From the NCBI GenBank assembly GCA_963727805.1, contig CAVSHF010000005.1:352001-416000 (forward strand): DNA of 64,000 bases. Direction: 5' to 3'. Positions 1-9,348 of the stretch are shown here, one piece after another. The stretch is from an uncultured Nitrospiraceae bacterium (GTDB lineage: Bacteria; Nitrospirota; Thermodesulfovibrionia; Thermodesulfovibrionales; Dissulfurispiraceae). A program made the position numbers and the translations under genes. The notes under the pieces were generated by a model that saw nothing but the letters and a program-made list of their open reading frames with translations, was not told the origin of the DNA and made no database searches. How positions within the stretch are numbered: position 1 is the stretch's first letter; each line of letters begins with the position of its first letter.

Positions 1-107
1 CACTGTAAAAAAATGACCAGTTTCTGAACCCAGGTTGCGATAGACCTAAGCTATAGCTTTCAGTCATTTGTGGCACACAATGTCCGTATACGGTAGGGAG
101 CATAAAA

Positions 108-1466
108 ATGTCTGGTGAGAGATTCAAACAATCTTTTCTTCATGCGTATCCGCGGGAACTCGTGTCTTTTATCCTCGATCAATGGAAAGATCCATTGTTC
201 ATAGAAAGACTCAGTGTAGCTGGGATCGATCCTTCAGTAGAACTTCCCGACCGTCCAGCGCTTGAGCACGTAATCTCAACATGCTACCAGGCAAGTCTGC
301 TGAGGGAGGAAGAACGGATGGTCATGTTTCGACTCATCATCCGAAACCATCACCTCTTTTCTCATGATGATGGCCCTCCCACAGGACTGCACCAGCTACA
401 ATTCGCCAAGATGCGCCCATTCAACGAATACGAACTGCGCCGTCTTGCTCCGGCAGCTGATTATTACAGGGCGCTGATCGGGATCGATCTTAGCCCTGAG
501 AAGAGTGCGCAGATATGGGGGATGGTCTATTCCGGAACCCGATGGATGCAGCCTATAACCGGTGGTACTAAAACCGTTCCTCCGCTTCCTTCATCTCTTG
601 TTGTTTACGTGAGAGGACCCGGCCGCATTGCCGTCAGCATTGGCTCGGAGATAATCGTCTCATTAAATGGTGGTCAAATCAGTTCGCAGTCTCTGGACAT
701 TTTTTCGGCATCGTGGCTTGCGGAGAGTTTTGCCTCGGTACGCTCTGAGATTGAAAAGATGCATGAGACTGCTCGTATCCAATCAAAGAATCCCTGGGCA
801 AAACTTGACCCACATTTCGGCGGAATCCTCGGCCCGCAGGTCACACGGCGCATAGTCAGCCTGATCCGCAATTCTCGCCACGGCGGTATGTTGATATTCA
901 TTCCGACTGAGACGAGTCGAGACATCTCCGCCTTGAAGCGCCACATTTCCCTCAAGTATGAGTTCCGTGATGAAGAGCCGCGGCAGCGTTTTCGTACCCT
1001 CATGCTGAGGATTATGAACACTTTTGCAGAACTCCATGGAGAGTCGGGAAACTCCGATAAAGTGGTTGGTTGGCAGGAATACGTCAATAGTAAGAGCGAC
1101 GCGATCGAACTTCTCGATGAGGCTTTTTTCGATCTTGCCCATCTTATTGCCGCCCTTTCAGCGATCGATGGCGCCGTAATCATGAATAGGCGTCTGGAAA
1201 TCCTCGGCTTTGGAGGGGTGATTTCAGGGGACATCGATCAAGTGCAGACCATTGCACACGCTCTCGATATTGACGGGCTCCGCACACAGAAGGAACTCAT
1301 CGAAGAGGGTGGCACCCGACACCGTGCTGCCTATCGTCTCTGCCATGAAATACGCGATGCTTTTGCTATCGTTGTCTCTCAGGATGGAAACGCGCGGTTA
1401 GTCAAATGGCACAACGGTTCTGTTACCTACTGGGACTTAGCAGCGGCAGGTGTGTCCGGATTCTAA
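108..1466 (+). CDS. Diadenylate cyclase (DisA_N/DAC) domain protein with long N-terminal putative sensor region
   Basis: C-terminal DAC motifs AIDGAVIM, GGTRHRAA and VVSQDG. Confidence 0.75.
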   Translation: MSGERFKQSFLHAYPRELVSFILDQWKDPLFIERLSVAGIDPSVELPDRPALEHVISTCYQASLLREEERMVMFRLIIRNHHLFSHDDGPPTGLHQLQFAKMRPFNEYELRRLAPAADYYRALIGIDLSPEKSAQIWGMVYSGTRWMQPITGGTKTVPPLPSSLVVYVRGPGRIAVSIGSEIIVSLNGGQISSQSLDIFSASWLAESFASVRSEIEKMHETARIQSKNPWAKLDPHFGGILGPQVTRRIVSLIRNSRHGGMLIFIPTETSRDISALKRHISLKYEFRDEEPRQRFRTLMLRIMNTFAELHGESGNSDKVVGWQEYVNSKSDAIELLDEAFFDLAHLIAALSAIDGAVIMNRRLEILGFGGVISGDIDQVQTIAHALDIDGLRTQKELIEEGGTRHRAAYRLCHEIRDAFAIVVSQDGNARLVKWHNGSVTYWDLAAAGVSGF

Positions 1467-2045
1467 GTTATTCTGTTTATCATCTGGCGGTGCTCACTTG
1501 CAGTAGCTACAAAGTGTGCTTGGTTTGTTAATGTGAAGTTTAGGATGAGCGGGCGCTGAGGGATCCTTTTTATAAAATTGTCAGATTATTGCGATAATCA
1601 TCATTCGTGTGTGCAGATAAGAATTATTGGTTTTCAGGTTATATCGAGTCAGCAGCCTCGATATGGTTGTCGCGATGATTACGACATGCTATCAAGGACG
1701 TCAAATTACTGGCAACTATAAAGTGTACTTCCGGTAATCACTAAATCCCGGGTACTACTAAAATAGATACTTATCGGTAGACATCAAGTACCTATCCCTA
1801 CACCATCTGCTGTAAACATTCTTTTTTTCTCATATTTCTTGATTCTGTCCTTGCTTCCTGATAAATATTATATATAGACAGCATAGTGGTAACTTCCGCA
1901 GAAGCTAAGGAGTTGCTGGCAGCTTCAGAGCTTATCCGGCCAGCAAACATGGAGTTTTTGCCTCAATATCATCATCAGCACTAATATGGATGTCATCAGT
2001 AGAGCGGATATCTGATTTAAAACACTTCAATTCAAGGAGGATGCC

Positions 2046-2513
2046 ATGGGAGAAGTTGTTCATACTTCCCGTATAAAAATCGTCAGAGAAAATGGCCCGA
2101 CAAGACGGGCAATGATAGAGGGGTTTTCTGAACCTATTTATTATGGAGTCCACGGAGGGATAAAACGATTTTACAAGGTGGAGCCCGAAAAAGAACACGC
2201 TGCAACACTAGACCACATTGTTGCCGCCACTGCTGCATGAATGATGGGGACACTGGCCAAGGTCTTGGCTGACTACAAAATCCGCACTTCTGAAGAGTTT
2301 TTCTGGGCAGATGTAGAGGGAGATATAGAGAATGTTAAGGGTGTTCTCAAGATTACAGTAATTCGTACTATATTCCACCTGAAGGTATCAAAGGACAAAC
2401 ATGAAAACGTCAAGACTGCATTCAGTTCATATCTGGTCATGTGCCCGGCTGCGCAGAGTATCCTGCCTTGTATTCAGATAGCGGATGAGCTAGTGCTGGA
2501 GGAACTTGGTTGA
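2046..2513 (+). CDS. OsmC/Ohr-like protein, probable selenoprotein (in-frame TGA at 2238-2240)
   Basis: ORFs 2046-2240 and 2241-2513 are contiguous and in frame; TGA sits at the first Cys position (AATAA*MMGT); second Cys in CPAAQS; AGGAGG RBS before 2046. Confidence 0.8.
2255..2270 (+). promoter_or_regulatory. Bacterial SECIS-like hairpin
   Basis: GGCCAA-GGTC-TTGGCT stem-loop starting 15 nt after the TGA; GGUC apex resembles the fdhF SECIS. Confidence 0.7.
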
Positions 2514-2667
2514 CTTATCTACTTTGGGCTTTTATTGCCTCTGAAAACTAAGGAGAGGGAGTACTTCGTCGCGCGTTCGAGATGCAAGACCTACTCTCAT
2601 GATGTGGCAATCAAGTGCGCCAATTGCTCGCACATTACATAAATAATGAAGGAACTTTATTTCGCTT

Positions 2668-2683
2668 TGTAGCCTGCGCTACA
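2668..2683. promoter_or_regulatory. Crp/Fnr-type palindromic site
   Basis: TGTAGC-CTGC-GCTACA about 60 bp upstream of the flavoprotein gene; Crp/Fnr gene nearby. Confidence 0.55.
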
Positions 2684-2740
2684 GAAAGTTCTTGCCGGAT
2701 TAGTTAAAGTGGATTAAAGGAATATTGCGGAGGTCTATTC

Positions 2741-3394
2741 ATGAAGGTGCTGGGCATTTCTGGCTCTCCCATCCCCAATAGTAATACTGATCGTGCAGTT
2801 AAGGCTGTGCTCGACGCTACAGGTCTTGAGACGGAATTTATCAAACTGATCGACTATACCATTGCCCCCTGTCAAGCCTGTCTCGGTTGTCTCGAGACAA
2901 ACCGCTGTGTCATTGAAGACGATGGTATCATTATGGCCGAAAAGGCTAAGGAGGCTGATGCGCTTGTTGTAGGCGGCTATACAAGCTATTCCAGTCTCGA
3001 TGCGCGCACCAAGGCATTCATTGAGCGGCTGTATCCGCTCCGCCATATCAATGGTTTTATGAGAGGCAAACCGGGAGGTGCTGTCATAACCTGTGCTGTC
3101 CCTGAAACAGCTAAGGAGTTGCCTCCCGCTTTCGATATGGGAAGCAACGCGATCATGTTCTACATGATGGAAGAGGGAATGATTTTTGAAGGCTCGGTAA
3201 GGGTTATGGGTAATCCCCCATGTATTAAATGCGGCCATGGCGATCTGTGCGATATGTCCGGTATAAAGATGCTCTTTGGACCCAACGCTACAATAGAAAG
3301 TGTCGGCGTCAATATTCTTGAAAGCCAGCAAAATGCTGTGACGGCAGCTATAGAGCTAGGAAAGAAAATAGCGCAGGCTCTTTCGGAGAAGTGA
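2741..3394 (+). CDS. Flavodoxin-family / iron-sulfur flavoprotein (NADPH-dependent FMN reductase fold)
   Basis: GISGSPIPNSNT FMN loop; CQACLGCLETNRC cluster motif. Confidence 0.85.
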   Translation: MKVLGISGSPIPNSNTDRAVKAVLDATGLETEFIKLIDYTIAPCQACLGCLETNRCVIEDDGIIMAEKAKEADALVVGGYTSYSSLDARTKAFIERLYPLRHINGFMRGKPGGAVITCAVPETAKELPPAFDMGSNAIMFYMMEEGMIFEGSVRVMGNPPCIKCGHGDLCDMSGIKMLFGPNATIESVGVNILESQQNAVTAAIELGKKIAQALSEK

Positions 3395-3449
3395 TTAGAA
3401 GCAATACGGCAATGCGCCTAAGTATGTATTCAAAAAGGAGGTGAAAGAT

Positions 3450-3566
3450 ATGCCAAAATGCGGGATATGTGGGGGAGAGGCTCCTAAGCAGCCTTGTATC
3501 ACGGAGGATGGCAAGTGCGACCTCTGTGGCAAAAAGGTCATCCTTGCAGAAGAAAAGAAAAAGTAA
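3450..3566 (+). CDS. 38-aa Cys-rich zinc-ribbon-like peptide, not in ORF track
   Basis: AAGGAGGTG RBS; MPKCGICGGEAPKQPCITEDGKCDLCGKKVILAEEKKK with two CxxCG motifs. Confidence 0.7.
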   Translation: MPKCGICGGEAPKQPCITEDGKCDLCGKKVILAEEKKK

Positions 3567-3702
3567 TACTGTAAACATAGAAATGAATACACTATAAGTC
3601 TAAGCCGCGGAAGTCTGAACGAAGCGGGGGTATGTGGATATTGGAATGCAAGCACTGCATATCCCCCGCTTTATTATTTAAGCAAGGAGGCAATACTAAC
3701 AC

Positions 3703-4395
3703 ATGGGATGTCTTTGCAATGATCTTGCTAGCAAGAATGCCTCACTTGCGTCCACCTGCATCGGCCATTTGTGGATGTTTGAGCACTTGCAGCCGTCCGA
3801 ACTGGAAGCTCTTGTTTCTGCTGCCGAGCGGAGGCAATTCAAGAAGGGACAGGCTGTTTTTATGCAAGGTAATCCCGGCACCGAGATGTTCCTGATAAAG
3901 GCTGGGCGGGTGAAGCTGAGCAAGCTCAATGAGGAGGGTAGCGAGCTTACTCTGGACATTCGCAAAGCTGGTGACTTTCTTGGCGAACAGATCCTTAACG
4001 AGGAGTTCGACTATCCCCTGACCGCAACCTGCCTCGAAGATTCTCTCGCCTGTGGTTTCTCTCGCCAGGGTTTTGAGAAGCTGATTCTCGACCACCCGAA
4101 CATCGGGCTTCAGGTGATCAAGAATCTGACCAGGCGTATCGAGTGGCTGACGAGCCGAGCCGAAACGATGACCACATCCAACCTTGAAGAGCGACTCTAC
4201 CGAGTGCTTACCACCGTAGCCGCCGAACACGGAGTAAAGAGTCTGAAGAAAACGACCATCCAGTTCCCTCTAACCCATGAAGAACTGAGCTTTCTAGTGG
4301 GTGCCCATCGGGTGAGCATCACCCGCGCCATGAAAAACTTGAGGGATTCAGGCAAGATCATTCAACAGGGCAAAACATTGATACTTGTGAACTGA
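3703..4395 (+). CDS. Crp/Fnr family transcriptional regulator
   Basis: cNMP-type domain (GRVKLSK, GDFLGE); HTH LTHEELSFLVGAHRVSITR; N-terminal Cys residues. Confidence 0.9.
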   Translation: MGCLCNDLASKNASLASTCIGHLWMFEHLQPSELEALVSAAERRQFKKGQAVFMQGNPGTEMFLIKAGRVKLSKLNEEGSELTLDIRKAGDFLGEQILNEEFDYPLTATCLEDSLACGFSRQGFEKLILDHPNIGLQVIKNLTRRIEWLTSRAETMTTSNLEERLYRVLTTVAAEHGVKSLKKTTIQFPLTHEELSFLVGAHRVSITRAMKNLRDSGKIIQQGKTLILVN

Positions 4396-4412
4396 CAATA
4401 GAGAAAGTATTA

Positions 4413-4535
4413 TCAACTATTAGCAACCATAGATTCCCCGTTCTGCAATTGCAACGTCGGGCTGCCTGTCATAATTACAGCTGCTGTGGTTGCCGACGTC
4501 TTCAAGAACTCCCTTCGACTCATCTCTGCTGCCAT
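4413..4535 (-). pseudogene. Orphan twin-arginine signal peptide (truncated gene remnant)
   Basis: GGAGG RBS; MAAEMSRREFLKTSATTAAVIMTG, stops after 40 aa. Confidence 0.55.
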
Positions 4536-4623
4536 GAATTAACCTCCTTCAGAGCTCTTATGCGGTTCCAAAAGGAGCCGCGATGTTAGACGCATTGCCC
4601 ATAAAATAGTTTGTTATTAGGAA

Positions 4624-4869
4624 CTAAAGTGTGCCTCTGTTGTTCAGCACTTTTTCAATCTCTTCAATCCGTTTGTTATATATCCTGCACTCTTCCTCGA
4701 ATTCTGTCTGCATGTTCTGCGCCTTTTCAGCGCCAATATGAGCAGACGTTTTGTCGAAAAAATATAGATGCATATCCTCGCAATCGCAGAGACACTCTTT
4801 AAGCCTTTCAAGCTCGACTTTCAGTTCCTCGTCTGTCATTTCATCAGGTCTGATATCTGTTTCCATCAT
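4624..4869 (-). CDS. Hypothetical acidic helical protein
   Basis: GGAG RBS; in operon order after the cupins. Confidence 0.65.
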   Translation of the reverse strand: MMETDIRPDEMTDEELKVELERLKECLCDCEDMHLYFFDKTSAHIGAEKAQNMQTEFEEECRIYNKRIEEIEKVLNNRGTL

Positions 4870-4893
4870 CTGCTCCGTATGTTGACGTGATAA

Positions 4894-5286
4894 TTAGCAT
4901 GAACACTCGCCGTAAGATTCCTTTGTGCTTTTTCCGTCACCTCCAGGGAGTATTGGAATAGTACAGACGACTGACATCATGGTTTTTCCCAGATTCTTGA
5001 TCTGATGCGGCTCGTTCGACGGTACATATATCATGTCACCGGCCTTTAATGGCCTTTCGTTTCCCTGGCAGTCCACATAGGCAGGTTCACCATCAAGGAA
5101 ATAAAATTCGTGCTCTTCCTCATGAGCGTGGAGAGAGGTGTGTCCGCCTGGTTCAAATTCCATTATCCGCATTGCATAATGAGGGCAGCCGTCTTCCTTA
5201 ATCAACGCAAAACGTGCATACATACCTGCGAAGCCCTCTCTGGCAATTAGAGTCCTCGGCACTTCTGTGAAATGCTTCTCGATCAT
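4894..5286 (-). CDS. Cupin domain protein
   Basis: PGGHTSLHAHEEEHEFYFLDG and PSNEPHQIKN motifs. Confidence 0.9.
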   Translation of the reverse strand: MIEKHFTEVPRTLIAREGFAGMYARFALIKEDGCPHYAMRIMEFEPGGHTSLHAHEEEHEFYFLDGEPAYVDCQGNERPLKAGDMIYVPSNEPHQIKNLGKTMMSVVCTIPILPGGDGKSTKESYGECSC

Positions 5287-5335
5287 TTGTAGCCTCCATC
5301 TTAATTGAGTTGATTGAAGTCATGGGTTTGTAAAA

Positions 5336-5686
5336 TCATATGATGCATGGATACCAAACATCATACGCAATAATGTCCTCCTCGATGTCGTGTGGCTGGT
5401 GCAGTGTTCCTTTGGGGATTCTTAAAAAAATCCCTTCGTGCAGTGGAACATCACCAAATCCCTCGACCCACATTTTTGCTTTTCCTCTCAGTACATAGAG
5501 AATGTCGTCGGAGTGTTCGTGAGAGTGCTTATCCGGTGCTGCTCCTGCCTGCAGATTAACCAAAGCGCAGGTGATACCGACAGCGTCAGTGTGATGTGAA
5601 ACAAGATAAGCAACTTCAACGCCGGAGAATTGGGGGTGAGGTTCCCATCTTACTTCAGAAGAATGAATCACTTTCAGACCTTTCAT
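5336..5686 (-). CDS. Cupin domain protein
   Basis: HSHEHSDDILYVLRG and PKGTLHQ motifs; start moved to the ATG with GAGGA RBS. Confidence 0.85.
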   Translation of the reverse strand: MKGLKVIHSSEVRWEPHPQFSGVEVAYLVSHHTDAVGITCALVNLQAGAAPDKHSHEHSDDILYVLRGKAKMWVEGFGDVPLHEGIFLRIPKGTLHQPHDIEEDIIAYDVWYPCII

Positions 5687-5821
5687 CGCATTGTCCTCAA
5701 TCACAGCAAACATTAACATACTTGACATAGCTACATGTTTAATACACTGACAAGTCCAAAAAAAATATAACCGCTAGCCCGTCATATTCCCTCCTTTCCC
5801 GAAATACAGTATTCCATCAAA

Positions 5822-6184
5822 TTAGACGTGCAGATTTTTTTTAATCTGATCGTATTTCGTCACAAAATAGTTCAAAATGGATATCCTCATCTCAATATCT
5901 TCCTTCCAGTATTCCAGCCTGTCAATCCCGGCAGATGTCAGCTGGTAGATCTTCTTTGCCGGTCCAGGATTTGAAGTATCCCAAGCAAATGTCACTTCAC
6001 CTTCCTGTTCCAATTTCTGAAGAGATCGATACACTGCGCCTGCATCCGCATTTTTGATGGGCATCTGTTTTGTCAAAATGGAAAATATCTCACCTCCATG
6101 GTTCGGCTTCTCAGCCAGTGCCAACAAGATAAAGGCAGGCAAGTGGCGATATTGTTTTTTCTTTTTCTTAGCGGCAATACTCAC
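5822..6184 (-). CDS. PadR family transcriptional regulator
   Basis: ILLALAEKPNHG, GAVYRSLQKLEQEG, GPAKKIYQLT; start uncertain (GTG 6184 chosen). Confidence 0.85.
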   Translation of the reverse strand: MSIAAKKKKKQYRHLPAFILLALAEKPNHGGEIFSILTKQMPIKNADAGAVYRSLQKLEQEGEVTFAWDTSNPGPAKKIYQLTSAGIDRLEYWKEDIEMRISILNYFVTKYDQIKKNLHV

Positions 6185-6659
6185 TGAAGATAGTATAGTG
6201 CACAATACATTTAAATGCAAGTATAATATTTTTCATGCTTACATTATCTTTTTCCCTTTGAATAAGTGTTACTCGACTGCGAACTTGCACACAGAGTTCT
6301 ACCGCACAGCATGACAACAGCACCGTAGCGGGTCAAAAAAACAAGGCCGATTTTCCCGTGGTCGGTAATGACTTTTTTTGGCAATCACCAAATTCATGCT
6401 ACGGCTAACCTCGATGATTTTTAGCAACCAAGTCAGTTGCCTCGATATTGCTGCCGCGATGACTTCGACATGAAAGCGATAGAACTAGCAGGGTGAATTC
6501 TTGAAACGACTAGCGATGATTTCCGTTTCTACCCACCAGTGTTTTCAGGATACGCTCGTCCGATAGTTACTCTGTAGATCGGAGTATAATATCAGACAAG
6601 CTGGGAGAAGGCACTCCATAGGCCTTGATAAAATCCTTGAACACAAAAAGGAGAATGCA

Positions 6660-6965
6660 ATGATTAATGTAATTGCATCAATTCGCGTAGAGACAGGAAG
6701 TCTTTCAAGTTTTCTCGAAATCTTTAGAGCCAACATGCCAAAGGTCAAAGAGGAAAAAGGATGTATCGAATATTTTCCGTTAGTCGATATCGACGCCAAA
6801 CTAGCATCACAAATATTGGATCAAAATGTTGTGACTATTATAGAAAAGTGGGAAAGCCTTGAAGCCCTCCGTGATCATCTTGAGGCGCCCCATATGCTTG
6901 CATACAGAGAAAAGGTGAAGAACATGGTAACAGGGCTATCTCTCAAAGTGTTGCGGGAAGCATGA
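6660..6965 (+). CDS. Antibiotic biosynthesis monooxygenase / putative quinol monooxygenase
   Basis: EKGCIEY and EKWESLEALRDHLEAPHM pattern. Confidence 0.85.
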   Translation: MINVIASIRVETGSLSSFLEIFRANMPKVKEEKGCIEYFPLVDIDAKLASQILDQNVVTIIEKWESLEALRDHLEAPHMLAYREKVKNMVTGLSLKVLREA

Positions 6966-7404
6966 CATGCAGGGTGGAAGACTTTAGCAGATGCCAGTGC
7001 GGCCCAACCATACAGAACCCCTAATATTCCCGGCACACCATTTAATTCTCTTTTATTCACAGACAAAAGTTGTTGTTATTGAAAATATAGCTTGTTTTTG
7101 GATTATTTATCTGGGTTGGCAACATCAAGAAAGCGAAAATGTGGACAAAATAGTTTTGCTGAGAGTCGCGTCCGCCCCGCCATACTTTCTAAACTATTTC
7201 AATCGGTTGCCAAAGTATTATGTAAGGAAGTACCGTCACCAGTATGCCCAGGGAGATTGAGGGGACTCTTCCATCCAGCTAGCAATGTCATCTTTTGTGA
7301 CGGTCGTCACCAAATCCGCAGTAACATCATTTTGGGTCTTATCTTCTGATACCAATAGGGCTATGATAAAAATACGTAGAGACTGACTTAGAAAGGGAGC
7401 AATA

Positions 7405-7668
7405 ATGACCAAAGTAAGTTTTCCGCCGGATCAAATTTACGATAATATATGCAATCTTATTATTTTTTCCTCATATGTCGGAGAAGGATTTATCCCATGC
7501 TCGATCTCAATTGAGGCATTACAGGATCACTTCCAGGCCGATCTCCTTCAACCAATGCAGGCCTTCCTTTGTAATCGTCTCGCAATCGAGCACATTGCCG
7601 AACGCCTCATTGATCAACAACGCTTCGAAGCTGATGGCTCAGTGCTAATAAGCACTACAGACTGTTAG
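7405..7668 (+). CDS. DUF1488-like small protein
   Basis: CSISIEALQDHF...AFLCNRLAIEHIAERLI pattern; GGGAG RBS. Confidence 0.7.
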   Translation: MTKVSFPPDQIYDNICNLIIFSSYVGEGFIPCSISIEALQDHFQADLLQPMQAFLCNRLAIEHIAERLIDQQRFEADGSVLISTTDC

Positions 7669-8339
7669 GGTCGCGTGGTCCCAACATTCGTCCGAGCGTC
7701 AAAATATTTTCAGGTTGCAAGATACCACTGAAAAAGAATCTTGTATTTGACTATCACCTCTATTTTCCTTGAAATGGGCCTTGTATGGGAGTGCAATTGC
7801 GGGGTAAGATGAAAAAAATATGGAAATAGTTACATTCCACAAGAAATTATCGAAATCGGATTCGCGATAACTTATAGTCATTGCCGTAGGGATAATGCTC
7901 ACTACTCAAGCTTCCTTTCGAAAGTCGAGACCAGCGCTCGTCGGTTGAGATTGTTTGTGGCTACTGAAAACCTTGTTTTTGGATTTTTTTGCGGGATGAT
8001 GATTGCCATTTGTACCCCTGCATTGTCGCCTGAACTTTGATGATCGTGGGTACATGTCGTAATCATCGCAGCAGCCGCATCAAGGCTGGCGACTTAGTCT
8101 CTACAAAAATCTTTGGCGCCTGCAGTCCCCGCCTATCGATGATTATGGAAATAATCTATCGGTGCCGTTTCGTTGGTTCACTTGTCTCACGCCTTGATCT
8201 GGACCGCTAGAGCCCATTTGAATGATATTGTTACTTGAACGAATATTGACCCCTTGTTACAATCTTATAGTGAAGGTCGAAACGTTCGCGAGCCCTAGCC
8301 GCCCAATCAGCAGAGTCACATTAAGCGAGAGGAATTACC

Positions 8340-9344
8340 ATGAGCAAGGCACAACCAACCCCTCCTGACCGGATTACGCCAGAGGAGGTCTATCTCAAGC
8401 GGCGCGAATTCATCAAGAACGGACTCTTGATAGCCGGCACTGCCACCGTTGTCGGCAGCGGCCTGGTCGGATTGATGAAGATCGCTCCTAACTCAATCGA
8501 TACCGGACGCGCAGTGATTCCGCCTACCCTGGTGGGTAATTCTATATCCACTGTGCCGGCGAGTACAGAGTATCCGAAGATCGGTGCTGACGAAAAGGCG
8601 AATTCGTACCAGGACATCACCACATACAACAACTTCTACGAGTTTGGCGTCGATAAGGCCGACCCGGTGAGGAATGCCGGCACCCTTCGGCCACGGCCGT
8701 GGTCGATTGCCGTGGAAGGGGAGTGTGCGAGGCCGCAGACCATAGATATCGATCAGCTGCTGAAATGGTTTCCGTTGGAGGAGCGCGTTTACCGGATGCG
8801 ATGCGTCGAGGCTTGGTCTATGGTAATCCCCTGGCTCGGGTTTCCGTTGCGTGATCTCATCAAGCGTCTGGAACCGACGTCAAAGGCAAGGTACGTGGTA
8901 TTCGAGACTCTTTTCGATCCCAATCAGATGCCGGAACAAAGAAAGTCGATTCTTAAGTGGCCGTATGTTGAAGGCCTTCGGATGGACGAGGCTATGCACC
9001 CGCTGACCCTGCTTGCGACTGGCATTTACGGGCGCCTGCTTCCGAATCAGAACGGGGCTCCCATCAGGCTCGTCGTGCCTTGGAAATACGGGTTTAAGGG
9101 CGTCAAATCTATTGTGAAGATCCGTTTCACCGAAGAACAACCGCCTACAACATGGAACCTGTCCGCGTCGGAGGAATACGGGTTCTACGCCAACGTGAAT
9201 CCCGACGTTCCGCACCCCAGGTGGAGCCAAGCGACTGAACGCCGGATCGGCGAGTTTATGCGTCGACCGACGCTCCCCTTCAACGGTTACGGTGAACAGG
9301 TGGCCCCTCTGTACCACGGAATGGACCTTCGGAAATACTTCTAG
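8340..9344 (+). CDS. msrP: Protein-methionine-sulfoxide reductase catalytic subunit
   Basis: Tat motif [48 protein letters not shown]. Confidence 0.97.
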   Translation: MSKAQPTPPDRITPEEVYLKRREFIKNGLLIAGTATVVGSGLVGLMKIAPNSIDTGRAVIPPTLVGNSISTVPASTEYPKIGADEKANSYQDITTYNNFYEFGVDKADPVRNAGTLRPRPWSIAVEGECARPQTIDIDQLLKWFPLEERVYRMRCVEAWSMVIPWLGFPLRDLIKRLEPTSKARYVVFETLFDPNQMPEQRKSILKWPYVEGLRMDEAMHPLTLLATGIYGRLLPNQNGAPIRLVVPWKYGFKGVKSIVKIRFTEEQPPTTWNLSASEEYGFYANVNPDVPHPRWSQATERRIGEFMRRPTLPFNGYGEQVAPLYHGMDLRKYF

Positions 9345-9348
9345 CGCA

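Noticed and set aside
4560..4600. attC-like GTTAGAC end
   Set aside because: No matching inverse core or L boxes, and no integron integrase
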